A DNA stretch of 62,706 nt, counting the filler, from Chiloscyllium plagiosum (Eukaryota), in assembly GCF_004010195.1 (NCBI RefSeq). It is 4 parts of one record of this genome, joined end to end, with 100 filler letters (N's around TTAATTAATTAA, not from the genome) between each part and the next. Parts side by side here need not be neighbours in the genome. Positions count along the whole stretch, not along the records: positions 17,059 to 35,566 come from NC_057715.1; 3 more parts are not named here. The stretch is one strand, 5' to 3'. Below, in pieces: positions 20,970 to 33,421 of this stretch. The notes under the pieces are model-generated. The model was given only the letters and a program-made list of their open reading frames with translations. It ran no database searches and was not told the DNA's origin. Made by a program: the position numbers and the translations under genes. Each line of letters opens with the position of its first letter. Within the stretch, counting starts at the first letter, position 1.

Positions 20970-23785
20970 GTATGTGAGGGACTGTACCCCAGTGACAGTC
21001 AGTGTGTGTGTGGGACTGTACCCAGTGAGAGTCAGTGTGTGTGAGACTGTACCCCAGTGAGAGTCAGTGTGTGTGGGATCGTACCCCAGTGATAGGTAGT
21101 GTGTGTGGGACTGTACCCCAGTGACAGTCAGTGTGTGTGTGGGACTGCACCGCAGTGAGAGTGTATGTGTATGTGGGACTGTACCACAGTGAGAGTCAGT
21201 GTGTGTGGGACTGCACCGCAGTGAGAGTCAGTGTGTGTGGGACTGTAGCCCAGTGAGAGTCAGTGTGTGTGGGACTGTACCCGAGTGAGAATCAGTGTGT
21301 GTGTGGGACTGTACCCAGTGAGAGTCAGTGTGTGTGGGACTGTACCCCAGTGAGAGTTAGTGTGTGAGTGGCACCTGTACCCCAGTGAGAGTCAGTACAT
21401 GTGTGGGACTGTACCTAGTGAGAGTGTATGTGTATGTGGGGCTGTACCACAGTGAGAGTTAGTGTGTGTGGGACTGCACCACAGTGAGAATCTGTGAATG
21501 TGTGTGACTGTACCCCAGCGAGAGACAGTGTGTGTGGGACTGTACCCCAGTGAGAGTGTATGTGGGACTCTACCCCAGTGAGAGTCAGTGTATGTGGGAG
21601 ACTGTACCCAGAGTCCGTGTGTGTGGGACTGTACCCCAGTGAGAGTTAGTGTGTGAGTGGCACCTGTACCCCAGTGAGAGTCAGTACATGTGTGGGACTG
21701 TACCACAGTGAGAGTTAGTGTGTGTGGGACTGCACCACAGTGAGAATCTGTGAATGTGTGTGACTGTACCCCAGCGAGAGACAGTGTGTGTGGGACTGTA
21801 CCCCAGTGAGAGTGTATGTGGGACTCTACCCCAGTGAGAGTCAGTGTATGTGGGAGACTGTACCCAGAGTCCGTGTGTGTGGGACTGTACCCCAGTGAGA
21901 GTTAGTGTGTGCAATGTGTGTGTGTGGGACTGTACCCCAGTGAGAGTCAGTGTGCATGTGGGATTGTACCCCAGTGAGAGTCAGTGTCTGTGGGACTGTA
22001 CCCCAGTGAGAGTCAGTGTGTGTGTGTGTGGGACTGTACCCCAGTGAGAGTCAGTGGGTGTGGGGGGACTGTACCCCAGTGTGAGTCAGTGTGTGTGGGA
22101 CTGTACCCCAGTGAGAATCAGTGTGTGGGGTACTGTACCCTAGTGAGAGTCAGTGCATGTGTGTGGGACTGTACCCCAGTGAGAGTCAGTGTGTGTGTGG
22201 GACTGTACCCCAGTGAGAATCAGTGTGTGTGGGACTGTACCCCAGAGAGATTCAGTGTGTGGGGGGGACTGTACCCTAGTGAGAGTCAGTGCATGTGTGT
22301 GGGACTGTACCCCAGTGAGAGTCAGTGTGTGTATGGGTCTGTACCCCAGTGAGAGTCAGTGTGTGTGGGAGTGTACCCCAGTGAGAGTCAGTGTATGTGT
22401 ATGGGACTGTACCCCAGTGAGAATCAGTGTGTGTGGGACTGTACCCCAGTGTGAGTCAGTGTGTGTGTGGGACTGTACCCCAGTGAGAGTCAGTGTGTGT
22501 GGGACTGTACCCCAGTGTGAGTCAGTGTGTGTGGGACGGTACCCAAGTGAGAGTCAGTGTGTATGTGGGACTGTACCCCAGTGAGAGTCAGTGTGTGTGG
22601 GACTGCACCTCAGTGAGAGTCAGTGTGTGTGGGAGTGTACCCCAGTGAGAGTCAGCGTGTGTGTGGAACTGTACCCCAGTGAGAGTCAGTGTTTGTGTGG
22701 GACTGTGCCCCAGTGAGAGTCAGTGTTTATGGGACTGTACCCCAGTGAGAGTCTGTCTGTGTGTGTTTGTGGGACTGTGTCCCAAAGAGAGTCAGTGTGT
22801 GTGTGTGTGTGTGTGGGAGTGTACCCCAGCGAGAGTCAGTATGTGTGTGCGGGGCTGTACCCCAGTGAGAGTCAGTGTGTGTGGGACTGTACCACAGTGA
22901 GAGTCAGTGTTTGTGTATGGGACTGTACCCCAGTGAGAGTCAGTGTGTATGGGACTGCACCACAGTGAGAGTCTGTGGATGTGTGTGACTGTATCCCAAT
23001 GAGAGTCAGTGTGCGCGTGACTGTACCCCAGTGAGTGTCAGTGTGTGTGGGACTGTACTCCAGTGAGAGTCAGTGTGTGTGTGGGACTGTACCCCAGTGA
23101 GAGTCAGTGTGTGTGGGACTGTACCCCAGTGAGAGTCAGTGTATGTGTGGGACTGTACCCCTGTGAGATTCAGTGTGTGTGGGACTGCACCCCAGTAAGA
23201 GTCAGTATGTGAGGGGCTGTCCCCAGTGAGAGACGGTGTATGTGTGTTCGACTGTACACCAGTGAGAGTCAGTGTGTGTGCGACTGTACCCCAGTGAGAG
23301 TCAGTGTGTGTGGAACTGTGCCCCAGTGAGGGTCAGTGTGTGTGTGGGACTGTACCCCAGTGAGAATCAGTGTCTGTGGAACTGTGCCCCAGTGAGAGTC
23401 AGTGTGTGTGTGGGACTGTACCCCAGTGAGAGTCTGTGTGTGTGTGCGTGGGACTGTACCTCAGTGAGAGTCAGTGTGTGTGTGTGGAACTCGACCCCAT
23501 TGGGAGTCTGTGTATATGTGTGGGACTGTATCCCAGTGAGAGTCAGTGTGTGTGTTGAACTGTACCCAGTGAGAGTCAGTGTTTGTGTGGGACTGTATCC
23601 CAGTGAGAATCAGTGCGTGTACGCGTTTGTACCCCAATAAGGGTCAGTGTGTGTGTGGGGGGGACCAAGGTCAGACTCATTGCATGTCGGACTGTCCCCC
23701 AGTAATGTTCAGTATGCATGTGGGAACCTGTACCCCAATTAGAGTTAGTGCATGTGGGACCTGTATCCCAGTGAGAGTCAATGTG
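20970..23785 (+). repeat. About 2.8-kb minisatellite, 29-35 bp unit (gt)n-gggactgtaccccagtgagagtca
   Basis: Directly visible tandem array with variable GT run; degenerate at the right end. Confidence 0.97.
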
Positions 23786-23879
23786 TATCAACACAAACGC
23801 TACGCAATGACCATGTTCAACAACAGACAATCCAACCACCGCCAAACCCCCACCCCCACACCTCCCCCAGTTGATTGTC

Positions 23880-24560
23880 AGTGGTGTTACCATCACTGAA
23901 TCCCTCCCAATCAATGTCCTGGGGTTTACCATTGACCTGAAACTGAATTGCATTTGCCAGATAAACTCAATGGCTACAGGTCAGAGGCTTGGAATGCTGT
24001 AGGACATCACTCACCTCCTGACTCCCCAAAGCCTGTCCATCATCTACAAGACACAAGGCAGGAGTGTGACAGAATACTCCCCACTTGCCTGGATGGGTGC
24101 AGCTCCAACAACACCATCCAGAACAAAGCAGCCCTCTTGATTGGCCATTATCCACAAGAATCCACTCCCTCCACCACTGATGCACAGTAGCAGCAGTGTG
24201 TACACGATCTACAAGATGCACTGCAGAAATTCACCAAAGATCCTCATATAGCACCTTCTAAATCCCCGATTACCTTCATCTAGAAGGGCAAGGGCAGCAG
24301 ATATGTGGGATCACCAGCCCCTGCAAGTTCCCCTCCAAGCCAATTCCCATCCTGACTTGGAAATATATCGCTGCTCCTTCACTATCACCACTGGGCCAAA
24401 ATCCTGGAATTCCCTCTGTAAGGGCATTGTGGGTCTATCTACAGCACATGGACTGCTGTGGTTCAAGAAGGCAGCTCACCCCCACCTCTTCAAAGGGCAA
24501 CTAGGGATGGGCAATAAATGCTGACCAAGCCAGTGATATGATGTTCTATGAATGAATAAA
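23880..24560 (+). mobile_element. CR1/L2-group LINE 3' end (second family)
   Basis: catctacaagacacaaggcaggagtgtgacagaatactccccacttgcctggatg (degenerate IYKAQVRS.MEY.P.AW); 3' UTR ending gggcaataaatgctg...gaatgaataaa; homologues at 40825-41465 (-) and 46430-47275 (+). Confidence 0.75.
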
Positions 24561-25602
24561 GGAAGTTTATCTCTCCATTCCCTTCAGCTGCAATGGGGTC
24601 AAACTGTTAACTTTACCTCATTCGAGAAACCCTGTCAAGGAGGAACCAGCCATGTCACCTTTTTTTGGATTTTGATTTTTGGTTTGTTCACTGGAATGTG
24701 GAAATCACTGGCTCAAGGCAGCATTTATTACCCAGCCAGCTTTTAGGAGTCATCCACACTGCCGTGGATCCAGTGTCACATGTCAGCCAGACCAGGTCAA
24801 AATGATCCCCACTCATGAACTAAATGGATTTTTATAAACAATTGATGATGGGTGTCAGGGTTAATATCCCAGTCACTTCCAAATTTAATAGAGTCACAGA
24901 GTCATAAAGACAAACTTCACCCTGCTCCTCGGATGCTGCCTGACCTGCCTGTGCTTTTCCAGCACCCCACTCTCAACCCATTTTTCAAGTTGTCACCATC
25001 TACTTCCCCACATTCTATACTTTCCATGTCCTTCTCCACAGTAAACACTGATGCAAATGTTGGGCTTTTGATGGTAACCTAGCCAATCCTCACTGATTTC
25101 CCATCTCTCTCTCACCCAAAATGTCTGGACAGTCATCAGGCACCAAAAACCTGCCTCCACCTGCATTTGGGATGAATCTGGGCAGAAATAGTGATGAGAC
25201 AATTGGTATCTACATTGGTCCCTCGAGTCATAGTCATGGAGGTCTACAGCACAGAAAGAGGACATTCAGCCCATTGAAACAGTACTGGTCAAACACAAAC
25301 ACCTAAGTAATCCAATCCCATGGTTCTGTACCAACATACACCAGTGAACTGAGGAAGTCACGCACTGCATTGGACGGATATGCACCTCTGGAATAGATGC
25401 CATTTCAACCACTGCATCATTCAATGCTTTCCAAACTATTTCCTGATCTCCCACCTCTCTCCAACCCATGGATCACTGTCTGATGTGGGGACAGTGAGCT
25501 TTTTTGTATTGTTTGCTATTGATTGAATTTTGATCTCACGATCTGCACGCTTTTCACGGTATCTAAAAGTGTTTCACGATTAACTTGTAATCATTTCTGT
25601 AG

Positions 25603-25733
25603 GTAAAAACAATGACTGCAGATGCTGGAAACCAGATTTTGGATTAGAGTGGTGCTGAAAAAGCACAGCAGGTCAGGCAGCATCCGAGGAGCTGTCTGAA
25701 CTGCTGTGCTTTTCCAGCACCACTCTAATCCAG
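25603..25733. mobile_element. 131-bp fold-back Penelope-terminus element lacking the hammerhead
   Basis: Inverted arms tggattagagtggtgctg.aaaagcacagcag / ctgctgtgcttttccagcaccactctaatcca; perfect 14-bp TSD aatcatttctgtag (25589-25602, 25734-25747). Confidence 0.85.
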
Positions 25734-25994
25734 AATCATTTCTGTAGCCATCATGATTCCGTTCAAAATACAGAGAGAGAGAAAGCACTGAGTTTCTGCA
25801 GAGAGTTTCTATTGTAAATTAGGTTCTGGTTGAGAAAGTTAGCATTGATTCAGAGAAACACCCATATGCTGAAAAAAAAGCTTTTCTTTAAGTGCCGTTT
25901 GTGGACAGTTCATAGAGTCCCTGCAGGCCATTCAACCCATCGAGTCTACACCAACCCTCCAGAGCATCCCTGCATTCCCCATGGTTAATCTGCC

Positions 25995-26583
25995 TGTGTG
26001 AAACAGTTGCTCCTGGGAACAGGAGAAGATGGCTTAAAAAAAGGGATGGTGTCCGTACTCTGGCCTAGTTAGACATGCCATTATTCTGTCAATTAAGAAA
26101 TAAATTGCAAAAAATATGACACCTTAGTGTAAGGGGTTTAGGATGAGAAGTGTTTGGTTAAAACCCTGAAGAGGTTATGTGAAATGGAGAGATCTAAAAC
26201 ACGATTATCTTACAAATCTAAGAAGAGACTATTAGAATCTCACAGTCACAGCGACATCATCCCTCGTGAGATAAAGGTGGGAATTCTCCCTTGTGTCTGA
26301 GGACTGGGATGTGAATCTGTTGGGATTGGTGGGATTGCATTTTTATTGTGTGTTTTGAAATCTTAATAAAAGGGGTTAGATATAAATAATTTGGTTTATT
26401 CCTATTTTTTGTTTCTTTGTGCAATAAATCTCTGTTTATTCTCAAAGCCAAATCTGCAACATTGTGTGTTTATGTTGTGGGTAACAGACCACCTTATTAT
26501 AACCAAACAAACCATGATTATTGAGTCAGGTTTCAGCCTGGGATCTGATTTGCCCAGAAATAACATCAGCTGGGATTGTGACA
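25995..26583 (+). mobile_element. Possible solo LTR
   Basis: Starts TGTG and ends gggattgtgaca, with internal AATAAA and T-rich U5-like stretch; no TSD found. Confidence 0.3.
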
Positions 26584-26639
26584 CTGGACAGTGACCTCTT
26601 CTCTCTTTCTCTCTCCCTAATGTGTGGATTATTTCATTC

Positions 26640-26860
26640 AACTGTTTGCCTGTCAGTTCCCATCTGGTTCACTGATGTCCTTCAGTGAAGGAAATCTGCT
26701 GCTATGACCTGATCTGTCTGACATGTGACTCCAGACCCATAATAACATTGTTGAGTCTTAACTGCCTCTAAAATAGCCAAGCAAACCACTCAGTTTGAGG
26801 GCTGTGTGATAAACTATGGCTCAGTTAGTGATACACATATTCCATGGATGAATAAAGAAA
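26640..26860 (+). mobile_element. Deu-domain SINE (SacSINE1-like) fragment
   Basis: catctggttcactgatgtccttcagtgaaggaaatctgc...catgtgactccagaccca...ttaactgcctct; homologous to 59270-59455. Confidence 0.7.
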
Positions 26861-27021
26861 TCTCACAGTATCTTGGAGTTCAATACTGGGCTGATGACAC
26901 ATTAACCAGGAAGATGTTAATTTGGATTAATGTGGATTACCAGAGGACCATAGAGAAGGGAGGCCAGAGAATTCTCTGCTGTAGACCCATTGCAACAGTT
27001 GGCGAATTGGAAGATAATTAC

Positions 27022-28029
27022 CGGTGAGTGAGTTGATCTGAAAGCTGGAATGTGCTGGGAAGAGCCTATAGGTCAGCTTGCTGTTAATCCCATGGTCACG
27101 ATCAGTTGCTAGGATGCGTCCAATGGATGATGAAGGTGGTATGTTCTCCTGGATGGTGAAGAAATACTGGTCCTCACTGAGTTTTGGTGCATTGTCATTC
27201 TCATCAGTGATACAGACTCGGACCATGGCAGTCCCTGTTTTCCTCTGGTCGCCCTCACTACTCGAAGCCACAACAGTCAGACTAAACAGGTCTTTGTTTT
27301 CACGGTCAAGGGCACTTTTCACGTACAACCAGCCACTTTCAGGGAGGATTCCAAAGTTGGCTGAGTCACCATCAGTCCGCAGGTAGTAAGTGATGTGGTT
27401 GTCTCTGCTGTCCTGACTCAGGGCTCGGACCTGGAGAAACCGAGTGTTAATAGCTGTCCCTTCTTTCACTTCAACTCTATAGGTCAAGGTATCGAAGATT
27501 GGGGCATTGTCGCTCTCGTCCTGAATGTGAATAATTAATGTGAAGGTGGAGCTGAGCTGTGGAGCCCCACTATCTTTCGCCACAATTTTCAGGTCATAGC
27601 GTGGGAGTGTTTCAAAGCTCAAAGATCCGATCACACGCAGCTTCCCAGACGTTCGGTCAATACTGAATGTCTTGTCTTCATTGGAAACAATGTCAAACTG
27701 AACCTGACCATTGGCTCCGCTGTCCTGATCATCTGCGTGTACGGTGTAGATGACAGAACCGATCTCTGTGTTCTCCGGGACCAGAATTGATTCAGATGAG
27801 GTGGGGAACGTTGGTGTGTTATCGTTGATGTCAGATATTGTGATCTTGACCTTGGTACTGCTATAGGCAGGAGGGGAACCACTGCTCGCCTGAACATCCA
27901 GAATCACGACAGGATGAGATTCATGGTCCAACGGAATGCTGGTCTGGATCAAACCCGAGCTAACACCAATTGCAAAGTAACCATTGGGATCTCCAGAGGA
28001 AATCGTATAGGAGATAGAGTCTGAATGAC
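27022..28029 (-). CDS. DCHS1: Dachsous-type protocadherin large internal exon (1008 nt, about 3 cadherin repeats)
   Basis: Within ORF 26927-28036; acceptor ggttggcag|GT and donor ACCG|gtaatt; motifs LDHE, DINDNTP, DQDSGANG, LDRE, DENDNAP, ATDRD; phase 1 to 1. Confidence 0.93.
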
Positions 28030-28191
28030 CTGCCAACCAGAAATAAATCCATCAATCAATCAGTTTCAAACAATGTGACCCAGCTGATCTGTGAAAATGT
28101 TCCTGAGGTTTACCTGTACCCACACACTCTTCACACAACTGTCTTTGCAACTCTTTGTTGCATTAATTCACCTGCTTTAACCACATAAAGC

Positions 28192-28398
28192 AATGTCATC
28201 GAACATATCTGCGGGTGATATGTTCCAAGACCCACTGTGGATAGTAGCGAAACCTATCAGTTAAATGGGAAATCTTTCTTTCTGGCAGCCCCCTAGAATT
28301 ATTTCTGGAATGCTCCATGTAATATTTTCGAGCCGTGGTAAATCGCGGATAACTGAAACCGCGGAAACTAAATCTGTGGATACGGACATTCTACCGTC
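28192..28398. mobile_element. Tigger/MER2-like MITE remnant (Tc1/pogo group)
   Basis: tatctgcgggtgatatgttccaagaccc at the left and ataactgaaaccgcggaaactaaatctgtggata at the right resemble recalled MER2/Tigger termini. Confidence 0.55.
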
Positions 28399-28749
28399 TT
28401 TAATTCCCTGCTCACAAGTAAATTTAACCCCCTTACTGTAAGGACCTGTTTAGGGACACGATGACCAAAATAGGAGGAGGGCATTGTCTTGATCTGTCTC
28501 TTGTCTCACTCCTCATGGGTCACAACTCAAAACAAATCATTTTACCTTGTTCCCAAAATGGCCATTGGAATGATTTTTCTAATTTCAGACTCCTGTGAAC
28601 CATTCCCAGAACACACAGACATTACGCAGTCAGTCTAACCTCAGTGGTGGGAAAACTATAAGCGATTCTATGGAACAGGATTAATCTATATCTGGAGAAT
28701 CAGGGAATAAAGGGGGTCATGTTTGACCACTGGATTTAATTTCCCAAAG

Positions 28750-30100
28750 TGGTGACTCAGTGTGTAGATGAGGGAAATGCTTTGATGTAGTCTACTTGGA
28801 CTTCAACAAGGCTTTTGATAAGGTCCAAATTTGAGACTGATTGTCCATGGGATCCAAGGAAATTTGGCAAATTGGCTCCACTGTTGGCTGAGAGGCAGGA
28901 AGCAGAGGATGATGGTTGAGGGTGATTTTGTGACTGGAAGCCTCTGTCCAATGGGACCTCACAGAGATCAGTATAGGGGCCCTTGTGGTTTATAAAAGAG
29001 ATTTAGATTTGAATGTAGGAAGGTTGATCAGTAAGCTCAGAGATAACACAAAAATTGATGGAATGGTAAATAGTGAGGAGGATAGCCTACAAATTTAGGA
29101 GGATATAGACAGGATTGTTGGATGGGCTGATCGGTGACAAATGTGGTTGGAGCTTTACTCATTGGATTTTAGAAGAATGAAAAGGAAGACAAAAATCACG
29201 AAGCCACGTTGACCCTGATCATATTCTGTGTTCGTGAACACACTGTTATCTATCCTTTATAGTAGAATCTGACATTTTCCTAATAACAGACATGAGGCTA
29301 ACTGGCCTTGAGTTACCTCTTTCCTGTCTGCTTCCCTTTTGAAACAAAGGTGTTTTCCTGACAGTTTTCCAATCCTCTGGGACTTTAAGAATTCCTGGAA
29401 GATTACACCAGTCCATCCATTATCTCTGTAGCTGCTTCATTTAATATCTGCAGATGCATCTCATCAGGTCCAGGGAAGGCATACAGGACACTTGTCTTTA
29501 TCAGTTAAGACAGATTAAAAGAGCAGGAAGGCAATGTTGGAGCTGGATTTGACTTTGGTTTGACCACAGCTGGAGTATGCCCAGTTCTGGTCCTCACACT
29601 ACACCAAGGATGTGATTGCATTGCAGGGAGGTACAAAGAAGCTTCACCAGGATGTTGTTGGGGATTGAGTAGGTTAGCGATGAAGAGAGGCTGGATAAGC
29701 TCAGGTGGTTTTCTTTGGAGCAAGGAAGACTGAGGGGAGACTTGATACAGATGTATAAGATCATGAGGGGCATTGGCAGGGGCGAGTAGGAAGTAGTTGT
29801 TCCCCTTAGTTGAAGGGTCAGTATCAAGGGAAATAATTTTAAAGTGAAAGGCCAGAGGGTTAGAGGTGAGTGGAGGAAAAATCTTTTTACCCAGAGGGGT
29901 CTAGAATGCACCGCCTGGGAGGGGATACGAGGTGGGAAACCTCACAATCTTTGTAAAGTACTTTGATACACACATGAAATGTTTAAGGCTATGAATCTAG
30001 TGCAACAAAGTGGGAAAACTGTAGATTTAGTGTGTTTTTTTTATCAGTACAAAGTTGGTGGGCCGAAGGACCTTTACTGTACTGTATGGTTTAATGATTC
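28750..30100 (+). mobile_element. Old CR1 LINE RT and 3' fragments (interrupted)
   Basis: gtctacttggacttcaacaaggcttttgataaggt (YLDFNKAFDK) and a degenerate CR1 3' region. Confidence 0.75.
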
Positions 30101-30377
30101 TAAGATTATCCAGTCAGAGTGAGGAGTCTGAGAATGACCAATGTTCAATCAGAGTGAAGTTCTTGTTAATTATGAATGTATTATCATGAACAATTCAGCT
30201 GTTCAGGGTTTGATGACAATTTTAGGGAACAGTGTGACATGAGAGGAATAAAATTGAACAGAATTCTAGCATTATGAACATGTTGCATTTATTAAGGTCA
30301 GAGGTCTTAGGCAGAGGTCAAAGGTGATTATTTACCAGGATCCACAGCCTATTTCACCAGAACTGTCCCAGACTCAC

Positions 30378-30614
30378 CTGGGGAGTTTATGGCCCTGACA
30401 GAGCCAATATGGGACCCTCTCCTCACATCTTCAGGGATGGTGAAGAAATATTGAGCTTGTTCAAAGAGTGGTGGTGAGACAGTACCCGAAACAATGCTGA
30501 TGTTCACCATGGCATTGACCAACGATGTGAGACCTCCTGCATCTCGGGCAGAGATGACCAGTTGCTGGACAGTACCTGCTCTGTCATGTACATGAGCAAC
30601 AAGGGATAGGACAC
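30378..30614 (-). CDS. DCHS1: Dachsous-type protocadherin internal exon (237 nt, GVLSLVAHVHDRAG...VRAINSPG)
   Basis: Acceptor ttccaacag|GT and donor CCAG|gtgagt; ARDAGG and PPLFEQAQYFFTIPED cadherin features; phase 1 to 1. Confidence 0.9.
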
Positions 30615-31469
30615 CTGTTGGAACAAGACACAGTTTCACTTTTAGTGAACTGGCCTAACAACAGCAATCATTAGCTCAACTCCAGCCCCCTGTCCCTCAC
30701 CACCTGACTCTCTATACACAGACATGATATCAACCCATGACCCCCAACCACAAACCGTGCTATTTGTCATAATACATATCACCACCTCTTCCCCCACAAA
30801 TAAAACCAGCTCATCACACAGACACACATGTTTACCCCACACAGAATTAGGAACAAACAGGATTTTTTTCTGGGTCTCCAGAGAAAATTTAATCAGTTAT
30901 TTTTGTGACATTATTTTTATACTTGTTCTGTGGATTTCCTGTTGGAAAAGGCAAGTGTGATTCCTCAGAACAGAACAATAAGAGATCGTTCTGAAATGAG
31001 ACCATTAAAAAGCCTGGCTGCACTGACCACTGACCACTGGCTAAACGCTCTGTGCGGCCAGTATCTGTGACTGGTTCCAGGAGCAGTACATTCCCCGTGT
31101 GTGAATCTCAGGACACTATCTGCCAATTCTTATTCAAGGAGAAATGATTTTCAGCCATTGCTGCTTACTGTAGAGTTTATCTTGGCACGTCTGAGTGCTG
31201 TTAGTTCATGCAGGAAATTGCCCAGGGCACAGGAACAGGGAGAGAGCTGTTTGTACACATAATCTGAATCCAGTGACATTTATAACACCAGATGGTAAGG
31301 TGTGACCGTGGGACCCACTTGCACCTGCATCACCAATCACGAGTATATCACCATTAGCCAGGGATAGTGGAACACAGAGACTGAACCAGAAAGAGTGTCA
31401 GTGTGACTGATACATCAGGGGAAACTTTCAAACTGCCCCTCAGACTTTACCAGAAATTACTGCTCAATG

Positions 31470-32322
31470 TCTGTGTGGGGCAGGGGTCAGTGTAGAGTGA
31501 CCATGTGGGCAAGAGGTCAGTGCAGAGTGACCGTGTGGGGAAGGGGTCAGTGCAGAGTGACCGTGTGAGGAAGAGGTCAGTGCAGAGAGATAGTGTGAGG
31601 AAGAGGTCAGTGCAGAGTGACCGTGTGGGGAAGGGGTGAGTGCAGAGTGACCATGTGAGGAAGAGGTCAGTGCAGAGTGACCATGTGAGGAAGAGGTCAC
31701 TGCAGAGAGATCATGTGGGGAAGTGGTCAGTGCAGAGTGACCGTGTGAGGAAGGGGTCAGTGCAGAGTGATCGTGTGGGGAAGGGGTCAGTGCAGAGTGA
31801 CCGTGTGAGGAAGGGGTCAGTGCAGAGTGATCGTGTGGGGAAGGGGTCAGTACAGAGTGACCGTGTGAGGAAGGGGTCAGTGCAGAGTGATCGTGTGGGG
31901 AAGGGGTCAGTACAGAGTGATCGTGTGGGGAAGGGGTCAGTGCAGAGTGACCGTGTGAGGAAGAGGTCAGTGCAGAGTGATCGTGTGAGGAAGGGGTCAG
32001 TGCAGAGTGACCGTGTGAGGAAGGGATCAGTGCAGAGTGATCGTGTGGGGAAGGGGTCAGTGCAGAGTGACCGTGTGAGGAAGAGGTCAGTGCAGAGTGA
32101 CCGTGTGGGGAAGGGGTCAGTGCAGAGTGATCATTTAGGGAAGGGGTCAGTGCAGAGTGACCGTGTGAGGAAGTGGTTGGTGCAGAGTGATCGTGTGGGG
32201 AAGGGGTCAGTGCAGAGTGACGTGTGAGGAAGTGGTTGGTGCAGAGTGATCGTGTGGGGAAGGGGTCAGTGAAGAGTGACCGTGTGAGGAAGTGGTTGGT
32301 AGAGAGTAACCATGTGGGGAAT
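31470..32322 (+). repeat. 30-bp minisatellite (ccgtgtgrggaaggggtcagtgcagagtga), about 28 copies
   Basis: Exact 30-bp periodicity visible in the line layout. Confidence 0.97.
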
Positions 32323-32424
32323 GGGTCCTATATTCTTTGCACCCACTTCATGAACAGGATTCTGGGTAATCCTCAGCCAATGAAGCAACTATTTTTAAAA
32401 GGTCAAAAGAGACAGCCGTCATTT

Positions 32425-32820
32425 CTAGAGGAAAGAAAATGAGAGGGAGGAATAGAGTCGGTGAGTGATGGAGAGAGCAGGGGAGTGATGGGGAGTGTGG
32501 GGGAGTGATGGAGAGAGCGGGGGAGTGATGGAGAGAGCGAGTGATGGAGAGAGCGGGGAAGTGATGGAGAGAGCGTGGAGTAATGCAGAGAGAATGAGAG
32601 AGTGGGAGAAAGTAAAATTAAAGAGAGACAGATAGGTAGATAGATGGATAGATGAGAGGGAATTGGAATGAGATTGAACTGTTAGGTCAGAGACAAGATT
32701 CCACTGACAACTCACAAAATAAATCCTCTGCAGACAGAGGAGAGGAGGAGTGAGGGATTTAGTGGGAAGAGTTGGGTGAGTGTGATGGGGGAGAGGAGGA
32801 GGGTGAGTGGGGGTGCTGAA
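32425..32820. repeat. Purine-rich low-complexity tract with gtgatggagagagcg repeats
   Basis: Visible GA-rich composition. Confidence 0.7.
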
Positions 32821-33189
32821 GGAACAAGGTCTGGACGGAACAATCAGTTTCTCACAGCTGTTCAGTGAAGGCCAAATGTTAAACAGGAAGTTTCCAGAGG
32901 GCAGGAAGTGTCCCAACAAAACAAGCGGACATGATGACACACAGCAGCAATTTTTCAGGGAAAAAAATTCACTGAAGCTTGGAACAAGGACAAGGTCACT
33001 AAGCCAGCTCTGTCAGGAGCTAATAGTTAGTGTAGTCTGTCCTGCTCTACCCTGGAGCTCTCTGATCAGGCAATGAGTTCTGTGACTTGTGTTGGCTTCA
33101 AGGTAGTGGCCAGGGATCTGAGGGTTCAGCTGGGGTCAACTAGATTCTCTCTGTGTTTGTTCACAAGAGTTTAGCACAAAGGCACTTAC

Positions 33190-33421
33190 CTGTGTCCCTG
33201 TTCAGTGTGAATAATGACAGTAGGTTTCCTGACACAATCCGATAGGTCACTTTTCCATTCTGTCCAACATCCTTGTCAAAAGCAGACACTCTGAGTACAG
33301 CAGTTCCCGGTAAGCTCTGTGTGCTGACACTGGCTGCATACTGGACTGGGTAGAACACTGGCCTGTTATCATTGATATCATCCAAGTAAACTTTCACATA
33401 GGCCACTGACTTCAGGCCACC
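33190..33421 (-). CDS. DCHS1: Dachsous-type protocadherin internal exon (232 nt, GGLKSVAYVKVYLDDINDNRPVF...LFTLNRDTG)
   Basis: Acceptor ctccaccag|GGT and donor ACAG|gtaagt on the minus strand; DxNDNxP and DxD cadherin motifs; closely matches the recalled vertebrate DCHS1 peptide GGLKSMVYVKV...YAASISAQSPPGTAVLR; phase 0 to 1 fits the next exon. Confidence 0.9.

Noticed and set aside
20970..23785. CRISPR-like regularity and Cys/Val-rich ORFs
   Set aside because: Units are contiguous with no unique spacers and no cas genes in a vertebrate context; the ORFs are minisatellite translations.
31640..32227. 195-aa VQSDRVGKGS repeat ORF
   Set aside because: Translation of a 30-bp minisatellite with no splice or start context.
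20269..33421. DCHS2 or FAT identity for the cadherin exons
   Set aside because: Peptides and exon boundaries fit recalled DCHS1 better (GGLKS.YVKV, YAAS.S.QS.PGTAVLR); a phylogeny would confirm.
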